Assembly (NCBI RefSeq): GCF_009914755.1
Contig: NC_060930.1
Length of the DNA stretch: 64,000 bases
Direction: 5' to 3' (one strand)
From: the human T2T-CHM13v2.0 reference genome, Homo sapiens
The notes beneath the pieces were generated by a model. The model made no database searches and was not told the DNA's origin. It worked only from the letters and a program-made list of their open reading frames with translations. Made by a program: the position numbers and the translations under genes. Every line of letters begins with the position of its first letter. The first letter of the stretch is position 1. Positions 1-15,670 of the stretch are shown here, piece after piece.

Positions 1-2049
1 GATATAATCTTAGTATAACTAGAAATAACCTCAATGTGATAACACACTTAAAACCCATAGGATTATGAAACGTATAATTATAAGAGAAATTCTGCTGAGG
101 AGAATTTGTGCCAAAGAAGAGATGACACTATTTTCACTGCCCATCAACTGAGGATAATTGGCAATAACACACCTCAGGTACATAAATAGATTTGCAGTGC
201 CCATGGATAACATGCATTTCAGCAAGAGACTGCTGTGAATACGAAATGAACTTGGAAAGAGGCTAGGAAACTTGAAATGTTCACACATAACTTGCCACCT
301 TTAAAAAAAAAACAAAAAAAACCACAACAAAAATCCACAAATTCTCCAAAGAGTAATGGTGAGAAATGAAATGTCTGAGGCACTGAATAAGGAAGTCTTT
401 GTGATAACTTCAGTTCACTAAATAAAATATGTCCTATGCCACCATCCTAGGATATGAACATATTCAAGATTAGGAAGAAAACTCAAAATAACTTTCAATC
501 TTCAAGTGAGAAAAGAACATTTCAAAAAGAAGATCAAGGTCCTTAACTCCTTATTGTATTGAATATAAGTTCACTCTGCCATGATTACTGTTGTATTTTG
601 AATATACCTACAGCACTTGATCTATAATTGTCACTTAATATATTTTGTTGAATGACTTCAGAAGGAAAATATTGATAGAGAACTGAATTATGGCATAATG
701 TTAGAAATTCATAGGTTGATCCAAAATATTATTATAGCTCAAGCTGTCAATTTCTCCTTTCTTTCGAATAACTAGCAAGTAGGGTACTTTTGTCTCCTTG
801 TCGTTTGTCAATGTACTAAGGACTAAGTGCCTGAGTCTATTACTAGGTAAGAAAGAGAGGTGAATAAATATGGGATCAGAATGATTAACAATGAAAATCA
901 ATTAGTAATCATTTTTCAATAAGATTTATTAATTATAAGCAGGATGAAAGCAATATAGTTAATAAGAGCATACAAAAGATTATTCTTGGAACACACAGCA
1001 GTGGAATTTTAGGGATGTAAAATAAGAGATCATTAAAAAGGAAAAGCAATTGAGAAAGGGTAGTTATTTTATTAATAAAAAAGTTGTGAAAGGTTATGTC
1101 AAACATTTCCACAGCTTACCTAAGAAGTTCTTGTTTTACTGAAAGTAAAGGAAATGGATTGGACATAACATGAAAATTATTGGCCTATTTTGTTAACCTT
1201 TTCATCCACATCTCATGTACACAGAATATAGCTTAAAAATTATTTTGTGGTGCACTGTAAGCTTTTACAACACAGGGTCTGCAAACAGATTTATTTCATT
1301 AATAAGAAGGAAAGACAAGAAGCTTGATTAGTAGATTGTTTTTTCCTCTAGCAAATTGTTTCTCTTTGAAATACATTGTCTAGAGTTATTTTTAGTAGAA
1401 TTCTAAACGACAGGTGGATGAAACTTTTTCTTTTTTGAATTTGTCTTGATTGCAAGAAATTATCTAATTTCATCCCTCAGTTCCCCCCAAGTCAGTTACA
1501 GCTGTACATGCAGTGCTATCTGAATTGGAAATATACTTCAAAACTCATTCATTTGCATGTCTATTAGGAGAACAGGCAAAATTCTAATGACAACAATTAC
1601 TTGCCCTTTCCTGATGCTCTTTAAATAAAGTACTTTGCAAACTGTACATAAATTTGCCTTAAAATGTTATATTACCCATACATAGTACATTCTCACAAAG
1701 ACTTCTTAGGTTGGATAAATGGAGTGCTACCTCCATCACTGCAGATTTGAATACAAGTTATTGTTGTATTTTTTTTCTGGAGTGGAATGAGATGCAGTAA
1801 TTTACAACATGAAACAAGACATACATACTGGGGTTAAGTCAATAAAACATTCCACTCATGTTTTCTTTGAATAGAGACACTAGCCAAAGATCAAATATCC
1901 TAGATAAACTGAGTATTAATATTTTCTCATAAAATTAGTAACAGAAATACCTGCTTTGTCAGGTATTTGTTGAATTTGTTCAATTTGTCAGGTATTCTAT
2001 GAATTTGTTCTTAATTCATAGAATTAGGGTATGAATTTAGTTACTACAG

Positions 2050-2497
2050 TAGAAATGAAACTAAAGTAACAATCTGGAGGCAGGCAGTTAAGGGCTGGTA
2101 GGACAGCTCTACCTCATGAGGTCTTCTAAGATTCAGGCTCCTTCACATTTGTCATTCCATCATCCTCTCTGGAGTTGTTCTCATCTGCAGGGTTCAAGAT
2201 GGCTTACCATATCATCTATCGTCTAGTCACTGGAAAGAGAAAAGGAGACAAGTGGAGACCTCCTTCCTTTAAAAGAAGGACATGAAAGTTCTACATATTC
2301 ATCACTTCTCTTCACATCCTGTTGACAAGAACTTTGTTATAACATGCCACATTTAGCTCCATGAGAGATTGAAGAGTTTATTCTTTCTTTTGGTTGTCCA
2401 TGTGCCCAACTAGGAACTCTTATATGTTAAATAATTCTCCTATTATTTAACAATAGGAGAATAAATTTTGGGAGACAACTGTCATTTTCTGTTCCAC
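2050..2497 (-). mobile_element. MaLR solo LTR, MLT1J/K-like (old, diverged)
   Basis: ggaggcaggcagt..agggctgg, caagatggct, ttcacatcc..gacaagaact, catgtgcccaacta and gggagacaactgtc match the reverse-complement MLT1J/K layout. Confidence 0.65.
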
Positions 2498-3289
2498 TTC
2501 CCAGCTCTTAGGATTGTGGTGAGGGTCAAATAAAGTGACGGAGGTAGAGGAGATATATTAACTGATAACACAGTAAAGTAAAAATGGTAGTTACTAGTCC
2601 TGAAATCAGCTACTAGGACCTGGGTGGGAACACAGCTCTGAATTTTAGTTTCTATCTATAAAAAGACGGCCAGAATAGATGATCTCTATGTTCCTTTTCC
2701 ATGCCTTGTATTATGATCTTAAAGTTCTTTGTGTCTTTCTTAAGTAACTGTGCGATTCTCCTCTAGAACCTTCGTGTATAGGCTGATTGCTTGGTTTTAT
2801 GTTGTCTAATTCAGGTACATTTCTCTCCTTCATCAGTTTCTGCTCCTTAGTCTGACTCCTAATGTTGGTGGTTCCAATATCTACCCTGACTTCTATCTCT
2901 TGCATATGGCATAAATCCTCATATTTTTCTAAGTTCTTTGTGCAGTTTCTGTAAAGATAGGAACACAGCTGAAAACAGGAAGATGTATCTCAGGAACTAC
3001 AGCAATAATCAGGCCACTTAGTCTGTAAATCACACTTGGAGTGGGCAATTAACTAGGTCTCCTCCCCACTGAGAACCCTGAAGCATTGTAAAATGTAGGA
3101 CCTGGAACACTGCTGGATTTAGCCAGGAATTCAATATTTAAATGGGTCACCTCGGACATATAATAGCACTTGCCAGATGATAAAAAAAGGTTTAACAGTA
3201 TGATCATAAATCTTGGGTCCAGCCTGGGCACTTGGTTTTTCCCTAACTTGTTTTAAATCAGTTTGAAAAAGACAGAGGGGGAGATAATT

Positions 3290-3500
3290 ATGATCACAGA
3301 ATCTTTGAATCAGAAGAAAATATAAAGGTCATTTCACTTAATTTCCCTCCAGAAGAAGCACTCTCTCTCCAACTTCCCAAACATGTTTATTCTATTTTTG
3401 CTTGATTGGAAACTCACTGCCTTCTGAGACAATCCATTGTTCTATTGTTTACAATACTGATAAATTCTCTAATTGTGGCTGATAAGTTTTTTCTGTTTTT
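3290..3500. mobile_element. L3/CR1 LINE 3' fragment
   Basis: tcacagaatc...ggaaactcactgccttctgagacaatccattg...gataagttttt resembles the CR1/L3 3' end. Confidence 0.5.
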
Positions 3501-3692
3501 TTTTAATTAACTATCTGTGGATTATCTGAATGGGCCTCATGGACTGCTGTGATAATATACTAAATTTTATTCTCCTTGAATCAGAGTTTCGTTACTTAAC
3601 ACTAAAATGCCGGCATGAATTCAGTACCATTAACTAAATTTTTATTGAGTCCTGTGGTAAGCAAAGCACAGATTTCCTATACCTCTCTATCT

Positions 3693-4076
3693 TGTATTAG
3701 TCTGATAGGCTATGCTATGCTGCAATAAAAAACAATCTTAACATTCTAGAAACTTAAATCGATAAACATTTATTTATTTTTCATGTTATATATCATCTCA
3801 GGTGTGTGGGGCTCTGCTTCATCTCATCCTCATGCAGGGATGTAGCCTGATGAAGCCTTCATGATCAACAAGATTGCTCTTTAACATAGAGACAGGAAAG
3901 GAATGTGTCAGAGTATTTCCCTTAAAAATGTTTACCTTGAAAAGACTACATAGTTTCCACTCACATTTCCCTGGATAAACTTTATTTTATGGAAAGGAAA
4001 TGAAATAGTACCATGTGTGCTGAAAGGTGGAGAACCAGAAATATTCATTCTCCAGTAAAATGTTAGTAACAAACAT
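3693..4076 (-). mobile_element. MaLR LTR (MLT1L/K-like), 3' LTR of a two-LTR provirus
   Basis: Begins tgtattagtc..ggctatgctatgctgcaataa; contains ggggctctgcttc and ccatgtgtgctgaaaggtggagaaccagaaatatt; homologous to 5790-6168. Confidence 0.7.
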
Positions 4077-5789
<1,713 letters not shown>

Positions 5790-6168
5790 TACATCAATCA
5801 AAATGTACTAAATTAGTTTCTGGTAACAAACACCCACAACATTTTAGTGATTTAAACCCACAAAGGTTTATTTGCTGTTCGCACTATGTGTCCATTGGGC
5901 TATAGGGGTTATATTGTACATTGTCCTAACTCAACTGTCTAAGAAGGGAGTTTTCCTATTTGGAGTGCAACTGGGAATTATGGCAGATGGAAGGGAACTT
6001 TAAAGGTCTCTACCTAGAAATAACAAATGTCAGTTATATTTACCTTTTATTGGTCAAAGAAAGTCACATGGCCACATGTGATTTAAAGGGAAGAAGAAAT
6101 GCAATATTACTATGTATTTAAAAGAAGGAGAACTAGAAATATCGGTTATCAGCATTAAAGACTACCCT
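5790..6168 (-). mobile_element. MaLR LTR (MLT1L/K-like), 5' LTR of the provirus
   Basis: ggtaacaaacaccc..aaaggtttatttg..ggtcaaagaaagtcacatggccac..gaaatatcggttatcagcattaaagactac; same layout as 3693-4076. Confidence 0.7.
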
Positions 6169-6801
6169 GCTTCTTTTAATTTTGATAAAAGATTGGTTGA
6201 TTGTGTTTAAAGTCTAGAAGGTCTAAAGCTCTGAAATGCTAGTGTTTGCACAGGTAACAACCAAATGTGATTTCATTATTCAAATGTCTGTAGGGCTAGA
6301 ATATATTAATCAACTATTATAAAATATTTATATAACCATATAATATCTGCTAAATTTCAGAAGAAAAGATGAATCCATTATAAAATAAATGAAGACTGCA
6401 TCAAGAATATTTACTTGCTAATACAGACAGAAGGTGTTTTGTTTTCCAAATGAGGACATTTATAACTCATACCATATCACGAAGTTTTTGATCAACTAGA
6501 ATTTGCTTCTCATTTTCTGCTAATCCCCTTACTTGTATGAGAGGTATGCATTAAGGCACATTTATAAAGATGTCATTTAAGTGTCTTAGAACTTTTAGAA
6601 TTTGTCCATGGCAAAAGATCATATTCTTTTGAATGATCTATGGTACCCATCAATGCACCAAGTAGAGGGGAGGCAAAGACATATTTCACGGACAACAACA
6701 AAAATGGATGTTCTCTTATTACTGGGTTAATTTAATTGAAATATAATTTATATTTGCTAACAAACAAGAAGAAAAATATCTACAACAACTAGGCACAAAA
6801 C

Positions 6802-6818
6802 ATATATATATATATATA
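6802..6818. repeat. (AT)n microsatellite, about 8 units
   Basis: atatatatatatatata. Confidence 0.9.
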
Positions 6819-7974
6819 AAATTAGCTATTTTGCTTTTTTATAAAACAACACAAAAAACAAAAGAGTAAAACGATACAAAAGATGCCAAATGAATAGATG
6901 AGGTTTTGGAAATAATTTTCTATAATCGGTAAGAACAACCAGGCAAATGCAGCATCTCATGAGGTCTAGTAGAATAGTTGTTTATTTATTATTATTTATG
7001 TTCTATTTACTGTTAAAAACTGAATATCCAGTTGGTAAAATAGCAAGCCTTTGTCCTGTGCAGAGAGCACTTTCTTTTTAAAACTAAGGTTCATTATGTT
7101 TATCTCTGCACATAATTATCACAGTCATTTAAAGTGTTTCAAAAAAGGATTAATTTTTCTCTTACAGCTACCATACATTATAGAATTAATGGGAATCTCA
7201 AAAACCCCTGTGGTCACTGTACCACTGAGATGTCTGAAATAGCCTTTTCTCTGATTTTCTTTCTTCCAGGCATCTTTTCTTTCAAATCCATCCTTTATCC
7301 TACCGTTAAATCATTCTGTCTACACATCTTTTTTTCTAAAAATCCTTTTTTGTTAATATGAGTTCAAGACAAAAACAATTTTAATGCCCTATTTTTTGTA
7401 GCATACAGTCTAGACCTCTTGTAGTAGCACTCAGGATCCTTCACAGATGTTACAATCATTGCTTTTCTCTTCCAAGAGAATGGCAATTCTCTATTGCTAC
7501 CTCAGTTGCCACAGGCATCCCCATTTCTGGACTGAAATATTGTACCTTCCCTTGCAATTTGTACTAAAACTTAAAATCCAAGAAGACTCCCATGAATATT
7601 ATCCTACTTTTAAATGTTAATGTCAGAATGTTTAATTCTCCCCATACCCCAATAACTTAAACATGCCCAATTATTAAGTAATGAGATGATTTCATAAGCC
7701 AAAGAATACATTTTTAAATTTCTTCACAGGACCAAGCTTACAGTGAATGCTGACGAAACGTTTGCTAGTTTTTTGACCATGTAGCATTGGCTTATTTTCC
7801 ATCTCCCAGCAAATTCATAAATTAGCCACAAAATTAGACTACCCATTTTAGTTCCTCATTCTCTAGAACCAGAAACTCTTTTAAATCTAGAACTTGCTGC
7901 CTCACTTCCAAACAACAGTAGTAGTTACACATTTCTCTTTTCCCTGGCTTTCTGCCCTCACGTTTTTTATCAGT

Positions 7975-8170
7975 TTTCTTATTTGTTGATTCACAATCCA
8001 ATTGTTGAAAACATAGTCTATGCTAAGCTACTGTGCTAAAAGCTGGGAATGGAGAAACTATCTCCTCCTTAAAGAGTCCATAACGTGGTTGAGAGAGAGA
8101 AGCTAAACCAATATGCACAATAATGTTATGAGTGTTTAGACTAAAATACAGTTGAGTATAATGGGAAACA
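7975..8170 (-). mobile_element. L2 3' fragment
   Basis: gattcacaatccaattgttgaaaacatagtctatgctaagctactgtgctaaaagctggga resembles the antisense L2 tail. Confidence 0.5.
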
Positions 8171-8679
8171 TTTGAAAGCAAAAGAATTCCAAAGCTCCTA
8201 CTTCTTAATTGTTGATTTTTTCCCTAAGTATCATTTTCTTGTTGTTTCACATCATTAAAGAAACTTTTTCATTCCTCTTAAGCCTTAAGATCCTTGATCT
8301 GGTTCCTATGCAATGGACTATTTTTCCTGTTTTCCTCAGTGACCTGGCCTGCTTTTTGCTTTCTGTGGCATTCCCACCAGCTTTTTGAGCCTCGCTCAAC
8401 TCTGGGTTAAGCCACTATGACATCCTGCTGCTTTTTCCATCTGTCTATAAATTCTGTAGCAATTCCTATTCTGATTCTAAATATGAGCCTAATGCAATGA
8501 GTGAGTTGACTTCTTCGACTCTCTTGCCTCTGAACTCTTTTTTCATGTAATGCTTTCTATAAGCATTCTGGTCTGTCGACCTGAAATATTGACACTCCCA
8601 CTTTCATATCATTATCATTATGCTTCACATGTTAGAGGTCTTTATATATCCCAAAGTCATTTACATTCTCCTCATTAAT

Positions 8680-8790
8680 AAAAACCTTCAGTACAAGTGA
8701 AGATAGGCACTTGATTGCAGTGTTGTAATTAGTAGGAGAGTTAGGATTTAAATCCAGGTGTTCTGATTTTAAGCTCCATGAATCTACCAC
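8680..8790 (-). mobile_element. MIR fragment
   Basis: taattagtaggagagttaggatttaaatccaggtgttctgattttaagctc. Confidence 0.5.
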
Positions 8791-9299
8791 ATTCTCTGCA
8801 GAAGCAGCGTCATGGCTCTCTCCACTACGATTCTATCTGCTGTGAAAACCTTCTCTAGACATTGACCTTCCACCGAGGTAGCATAAATCTTTCTTCTGCT
8901 AATAACACATATAATTCATGGATATATTTTAACTAATCAAAATCTTCACTGTTAAATAAAGGAAGGGAAATCCCATGGTGCCAAAGTCAAAGGGAAATTT
9001 AAAACCAGAATTCTATGTTACAGTGTTTTGCTTTGGCAACTCAAAGATGGGAGGGCAGGAATGTTAGATTAAGTTCGGGTATAGGGCCTTGGAGTTGTTG
9101 AGTGGAGTTCAGTATCCACTGGGGAACAGAATCTGTGACCTTGGATTCAATTGAAGAAATGGGAATGAATAACCATGCTAAAGCTGGACCTTTACAAGAA
9201 ATGGAGTAAGAGAGGAAGTGGGGAAAATTTTCACATCTGCCTGAGAAGCACCAAAGAACTTGACTCTACCAAAATCCTAGGTGGGAAATAAAATTTTCC

Positions 9300-9725
9300 A
9301 GTGAAAAGCTGAAATCCTAGGCCAGAGCCACAAATAAGCATGGAGTCTGAAGTTAGTTTATAAATGTTTTGTTAGACTCCTCAAGCCAAGCTACTAATTT
9401 TAAAACATTTTGAACTAGTAAACATCCTGGGAGTGTTAAGAAAGCAAAGATGAAACAATTATGTAATAACCAAACTGGGGTCCATGAGATTCTTAAGGGA
9501 AAAAAGTTTCACTAAAAATGAGCTCATGAGAAAAAGTAGAAAGTACACGAGGCGATATCACACCTTGAGGGAGTTGGCCAACACGAATTCAGGAGGAGCA
9601 GCTCTCTCAAAACGAGATTACGGAACAGCCACAAAGAGGCTGGGTAATATTTACTGCACAGTTGAAGTAACTTAAAAAGTAAAAAGAGGAATAGAATCAC
9701 AAATAATAAGAAAAGACAATTTTTG
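9300..9725 (+). mobile_element. Ancient L1M/HAL1-like 5'UTR-ORF1 fragment
   Basis: A-rich aaagtacacgaggcgatatcacaccttgagggagttggc...aagaggaatagaatc resembles the start of HAL1/L1ME ORF1. Confidence 0.35.
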
Positions 9726-9759
9726 GTCACCATGTTTTGTTGTTTTTACCTCTTCAATG

Positions 9760-10450
9760 GTTTTTTGGCTCTGTCTCCTCATCTCCATCCGTATTGCCAC
9801 TACTTCAGTTCAGGCCTTCATCATTTCTCATTTGGATTACTGCCACAACCTCCTAATTGACTTTCTTGGCTGAGCATTGCAATTTTCTCTCTCCCCAATC
9901 TTGTTTGTATTCCCACTTGTTCTTCACATTGCTATATCAAAACACATCACCCCTCTGATTTACGTATTATAGGCTGATTTTAGTCTTTGGGATGTAGTTC
10001 AAGCTCCTTGGAATTGTATTCATAGCTCCTTAAGATTGGACCCTAGACCACCTCTTCAATATCATCACACAGCTGCCTCATCCTCCATGCACTTGCCATT
10101 CTCTCTCTCTCACCTCTGTGCCTCTGCATGCTCTATCTCTGCTGTTTGGAAAGGTCTCCAAGTCTCCTTTGCCTAGGTCAGTTCCCCTTTCAGGAAGCTT
10201 CATTGATTCATCTTCTCCACAGCCTCTTCCTTAGTCTGGATTAGGCTTCTTGCCATCGTGCCCCCATTCCTTTCAGTGTCTTCTCTGTCATGGCATTACC
10301 ATGGGTGTCTTGATGGTCTGTGGACCGGGGTGATCCCTACTGGATTGTGGGTTCCTTGAGGGCAAGGACCAGGTCTTGCTTGTATTTGCTTCCTGCACAT
10401 TTGGCATAGTGTCTGGCACAGGTGATGAAGCCTGTGCTATTAGTGAGTGA
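9760..10450 (+). mobile_element. L2 3' portion
   Basis: ttcaggccttcatcatttctcatttggattactgccacaacctcctaattg ... ttccttgagggcaaggacc ... ggcatagtgtctggcacag. Confidence 0.8.
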
Positions 10451-11409
10451 GGTGGTTTACTGGATGGTTTCCTCTTCGGTGATTCCTCTCTGTTTAACCC
10501 TCTTACTGATTTGATTTCCAACTTAAGCTGAAGCCTTTCTCAGCTATCTTTCTTAAGTATTAAAAGTGGATTTGATTTGCTTCTAAGAATCCTCCATCCC
10601 TAGTTTCAGGGTCACATCACTGTCCCTTTATGATCATCTACAAGGGGTCACACTTGACAGTTTTACCTAAATAATTACATAAAGGGAGAAAATATTGAAT
10701 CCTTTCTGTTTTCTATCTTGTTTCTTTAATTAATCTTTTTGTTTTGTGTGATCTCTTTTGCTTTTCCCAATTTCTCTTCTTTTTTTCAGATATTTTCTTC
10801 ATTCCCGTATCCATCTTTGGTTGGATCTTTTCTGTTTCCTTTCTTTCATGCTGACACTAAAAGCAATCTATCACCTTTTGTTCTTTCCTGTCAGTCAATC
10901 TCTGGTCCGTGACAGATTAACTTTGACAAGTTTTTGTGCTGAATATAAATGGTTTCTCTCTGTGTTTAAAAGGGAACACACAGCACACAAACAAGCTGGG
11001 GAAAGGACTATTTATCACATAAGTAGTTGGAAAAATTGGGATAAACATATTGATCTATTGCAATCTTTTGTTTGTGCTAAGACCAAGTAAGTAATTATTC
11101 AGACTACTTACTAACCTCCTCACAATTTAAGATTGCTTAACTTTCAGTGTAAACAAATTTTATTGTGGTCTAAGACAATTTCCAAATGCTAGCGTTCACT
11201 TATTGAAAAGGGGAAAGTCTGTGGAATAATAATGTTCTGCCATCCTCCTTTTAATGAGAATGGTTATGGTAACATTTTGAAATAAATATGTCATAACAAC
11301 TATATGACAGTATGTTGAAATAGGATAAATGGGATTATTATCTGGGTTTACAATTAGCATAACCAAACTGTAGAATAATAATGGGACATACATGGAGGAA
11401 AATGTTACC

Positions 11410-11600
11410 CTGGTTAAAGAAGCTGGGCACTAAAATCTACACAGCTGGGTCAGAATTCTGGTTCTATAATTTATTAGGCACTTGGCCTTATACAAAACCT
11501 CAGGTTCCTCATATGTCAATTAGGCTAAGGATTAAAAGGAACAATGTATTATTTAGCATGAATTCCTGGCATATAAAATACCCGATATATGTAAGTATGA
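11410..11600 (+). mobile_element. MIR
   Basis: ggttaaag..ctgggtcagaattctggttcta..cctcaggttcctcat..aggattaaa..cctggcata. Confidence 0.65.
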
Positions 11601-11715
11601 AATTAAAATAATGATTGTCGTTAGCTTATCTCTCTCATCCTCCTGTTCCCTTCATTATTGCCATCCAACTTAAATGCCTACTTTCAAAATTCTCACTATT
11701 CTTACTCTTTCTAAA

Positions 11716-11870
11716 CCAGTAACCAGCACATTTAAACTGTGTTGTGACCAATTAGTGGGTTATGAAGTCAATTTACTGATCTTTATTTTTAAATGTAATA
11801 CAATAGAAAATATTAGAGTGAATTGTATGTACTAGCAAAAAGTATTTTTGTGAAACTTTTTAGTTATACA
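11716..11870. mobile_element. hAT-Charlie-type MITE fragment (same family as 38525-38790)
   Basis: aaactgtgttgtgaccaattagtgggttatgaagtcaattta...aatagaaaatattagagtg...gtatttttgtgaaactttt. Confidence 0.55.
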
Positions 11871-11889
11871 TATGGTCTGACTGACATTT

Positions 11890-12680
11890 TAAACAGGCTT
11901 TTCTGCCTGCTATATGGACTGTGGGCTCTAGGTGGGCACAGCTGGAAGAAGGAGCTTTTACTATCATCCAAGTGAGTGATTGTGAGGAAGATGACCGGCA
12001 TAGAAGAAATAGTTGTGGGTGAAAAGTGGCCAGATTAAGGATAGAGTTCATGGTAGAGGCAACAGGTTTTGTTAACTACTGGATGTAAGGTAAAAATTTT
12101 TTGTTGTACCAAGCGACTGGAAAAATGGATTTGCCATTTTCTGAGATGAGGATGCCCCTAAGTGGGGTAGGTTTGTGGACTAGAACAGAGAAAGATAAAT
12201 TTTGAGTATATTAAATTTAAGATGCCTATTATTATGGATGTGAAGATGTTAAATAGACAGTTAGATATACAAGTCTAAATTCAAAGGTGAGCTCTGGGCT
12301 GAAGATGCACATTTGGGAGTCATTAGGATATATATACTATTTGAAATCATGTGTCTGGATGAGATCATCAAGGTTGTGAGTGGAATTTAGAGAAGGGATG
12401 TTGTCCAAGGACTGAACCCTGGGGTACTGTGACATCTAGACCATGAGAAAATAACTACAAGCAAGTAAAGAGACTGAGACACTGCAGCCAATGAGAGGGA
12501 GATTAACACCTAGGAGAGTGTGGTGTCCTAAAGCCGAGTGAAAAAAAGTACAACTGGAGTGAGTGGTCACCTGTGTCAAGGGCTGTCAGTGGATCACAAG
12601 GTGGAGATGATGTATTTAGCCACTGATGCTTATTGATGATGCACACAAGCACCATTTTGGTAGGGTGGAAGCAAAAGTGT
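11890..12680 (-). mobile_element. L2a fragment
   Basis: ttgccattttctgagatg..taaatttaagatgcctatt..gacagttagatatacaagtct..tttgggagtcatt..ggatgagatcatcaagg. Confidence 0.8.
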
Positions 12681-12689
12681 GAGATACAT

Positions 12690-13290
12690 ATTTTGTGTGT
12701 CTCAGGTTTTACAACATGTAATTGTTATAATGCAATACATTTTTTGTTCTTACCTTTTTTTTTAACATCATGTTTTTAAAATGCATTCTAGGTCATACGT
12801 CTAGGTTGTTGCTTTTTACTTGCGCATTCTACTGTATTTTTAACTCCATTTCTCTGATGATGGAGACCTATGTAGTTTCTAAGTCACTGCCCTAGTGAAC
12901 TTTCCTGTCCCCTTTTAGTCTTGTGCTAGTATTTCTCTGGGGTACATACCTAGGAATGTAACTACTAGGTCTTAGGACATGGACATTCTTCATTTTTATG
13001 AAATACTGCCAGATTTTTTTTTTTAGTATTAGTAGCTGAACTTGTTTACCTTCTCTTCAACAGCATATGGAAGTTCAATATCTTCATAACTTTTTTTTAC
13101 ACTTGGATCTAACCCCTTTTTCTTGATATTTTTGTTATTCTAATGGGAATTCTGTGGCTTCTCAATGTTTTAATTTGCATATCTCTCATTACTAATAGTT
13201 TAACAACATTTTCATATTGATATTGGCAATTTGGGCTTCTTCTTTTATGCACTTGCCTACTCATATCTTCTTTGTCCAGTTTCCTGCTAT
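12690..13290 (-). mobile_element. Old L1M (L1ME/MC-like) 3' ORF2/UTR fragment
   Basis: gtatttctctggggtacatacctaggaatg..aatactgccagatt..gttttaatttgcatatctctcattactaat. Confidence 0.75.
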
Positions 13291-13904
13291 CTCCATTGAA
13301 CCAGCTTTCTCCTTTTTAGAGTCTTCATTATCCACTAATGACATCTTCTTTGTTGTTTTTTTGCCAGTTCCCATGACACAAGCTACCTCTCTTTATGATT
13401 CCAGAGTCTGTGTTACAGTTCTCTTCAGTTACCTTAAGCCTTCAAATCAATGACTTAATATCCAGCTAACACTGTAATGTTATATTTCCTTAACTTTCTC
13501 GACTTCATTGGCCAAGTCTCTAAATGAGCCAACATCAGGGGCAACTTTTGCAACGTTCCATTTTTAATCTTTCAAAATAAGAGTTTCTTTTTTTACAACA
13601 AACATTTTGCAGTAATGTCTGGAAGCAGCACTCCCACTATTTGACTCCCTGCTGAGCTTCCCAACACATGCACTAACATTCCTTAATCCCCATTTGACAC
13701 CCAGTTGCAGACACAATTCTTTCCAGAAAGAATGTAAGGAACCAAGCCAAATGTTTTCCTCTCCAAGAAGCCGCACATACCTACACTGAACTCACATGGC
13801 ACTAAGTAGATATTGTCCCACAGGTCACTCTTTGCTTCGGTTCAACTGTCCTATAAGGTTATCAATTGTTGGAGGGTGGGCATGTTAGCATAAACCAATA
13901 TAAC

Positions 13905-14115
13905 ATGGGTGTAAAGAACTCGGATCTTAGGCCTGGTAGTCTTGGTTCAAATTCTGACTCTGCCACTTAACAACTTAGTTTCGAGATGTTACCTAACCTC
14001 TCTGTGACTTGGTTTATTACATCATTGTTGTAAAGAATTAAATGAGTTACTACATGTAAAACACTTAAAAGAATGTCCAGAAGATTGTAATCACTCCATA
14101 AATGTTACCCATTAC
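13905..14115 (+). mobile_element. MIR
   Basis: ggttcaaattctgactctgccactta..ttacctaacctctctgtg..gaattaaatgagtta..catgtaaaacactta. Confidence 0.85.
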
Positions 14116-15004
14116 TCTAAATGTTGATATCCACTCTATTTCCATTCCAGTGACATGTTGTACATATTAATAGTACATGTTTTTAAAATGATTTGAATAT
14201 GAAAGCAATATATTACAGATAGTAGGTGAAATGATAACTAGAAGTAAAAACAGGAACAGGAAGCTAAGAAAGCTTAAGAAATATAAGATTAAAGTGGTAA
14301 TTTAATTTTAAATTATTGATTTGAAGGCCCAAGAAAAAAAGCACGAAGACGTAATTGCAACCATCTTCTATTATTCATTTTCTATTTTAGCCTTGGCCCA
14401 TAAAAATGAGAACTTCACAGATAATAGGAGAAAACTTTTCACCTATCTCTTCACCTCCTCAGACCCGCCGTTCAGGAGGAAGGCTCTACTGATGGGTGAG
14501 ATTGAGAGGATTACTAAGTATGACTGCTTGAGCCCTGTTTTTGCTCTTTCTTTTCACCCAGCCTTCCTGCAGGCAAAGCCTCTTCTCTTCTCCTCCAACA
14601 GTAAGTGCACAGGGGCAGGACTTGACCCTGTGTGGGGAGATACCCATACCAGGGGAAGTAGGAAAGCCTATGTTTGCCCCAGATGCAAACTAAATTCTCT
14701 AATACAAATTTACTAGCAGTGAGGCTGATGTTTTGATTCTTTTCTGACTTCTGTGTTTTATCACTTAGTTTACCCCTTGAGAAGTCCCAGTAAAAGGGAA
14801 GATGCACAGCAAGATAAAGAAAGGCGATAGAGAGGGAATAAACATGGAGAGACAAATAGAAAGGAGCTGGATAGTGGTAAATGAAAGGATGGAGACATCT
14901 TCATTTGTTTCATACAGTAGGAACACTCATAGAATTGCAGTGCTGGTGACTGATGAAGAATAGATTCAACAGCAGGAGGTACTGAGAGAGAGATAGCTAT
15001 GAAA

Positions 15005-15132
15005 AGGGACCACAAGTCCTAATTTGGCTGGGACAGTCCAGGTGTATGTCTACAGTCTTAGCATTTTGTTCAGTTTAGTATTTTCCTGAACAAAGGTATC
15101 CCAGTTTGGATAATTAATTATATAGTCACCAC
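15005..15132. mobile_element. MER94-like hAT-Blackjack MITE
   Basis: agggacca..tcctaatttggctgggacagtcc....tcccagtttggataattaattatatagtcacc, with agggtgacc-type termini. Confidence 0.65.
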
Positions 15133-15290
15133 AGGTGTGGTGGAAAGAACAAGGCTGTTGTTGGTGCATGATAATGGAGAAAACCATAGATGAGCAGTTT
15201 CATGAGGAACGTGATTTTTAAGTGATGGGTAATTATATGCCTTTAGTTTTAAATGCCATCTGAAAATTGGATGTCATAACCCTTCTTTGA

Positions 15291-15667
<377 letters not shown>

Positions 15668-15670
15668 GTT

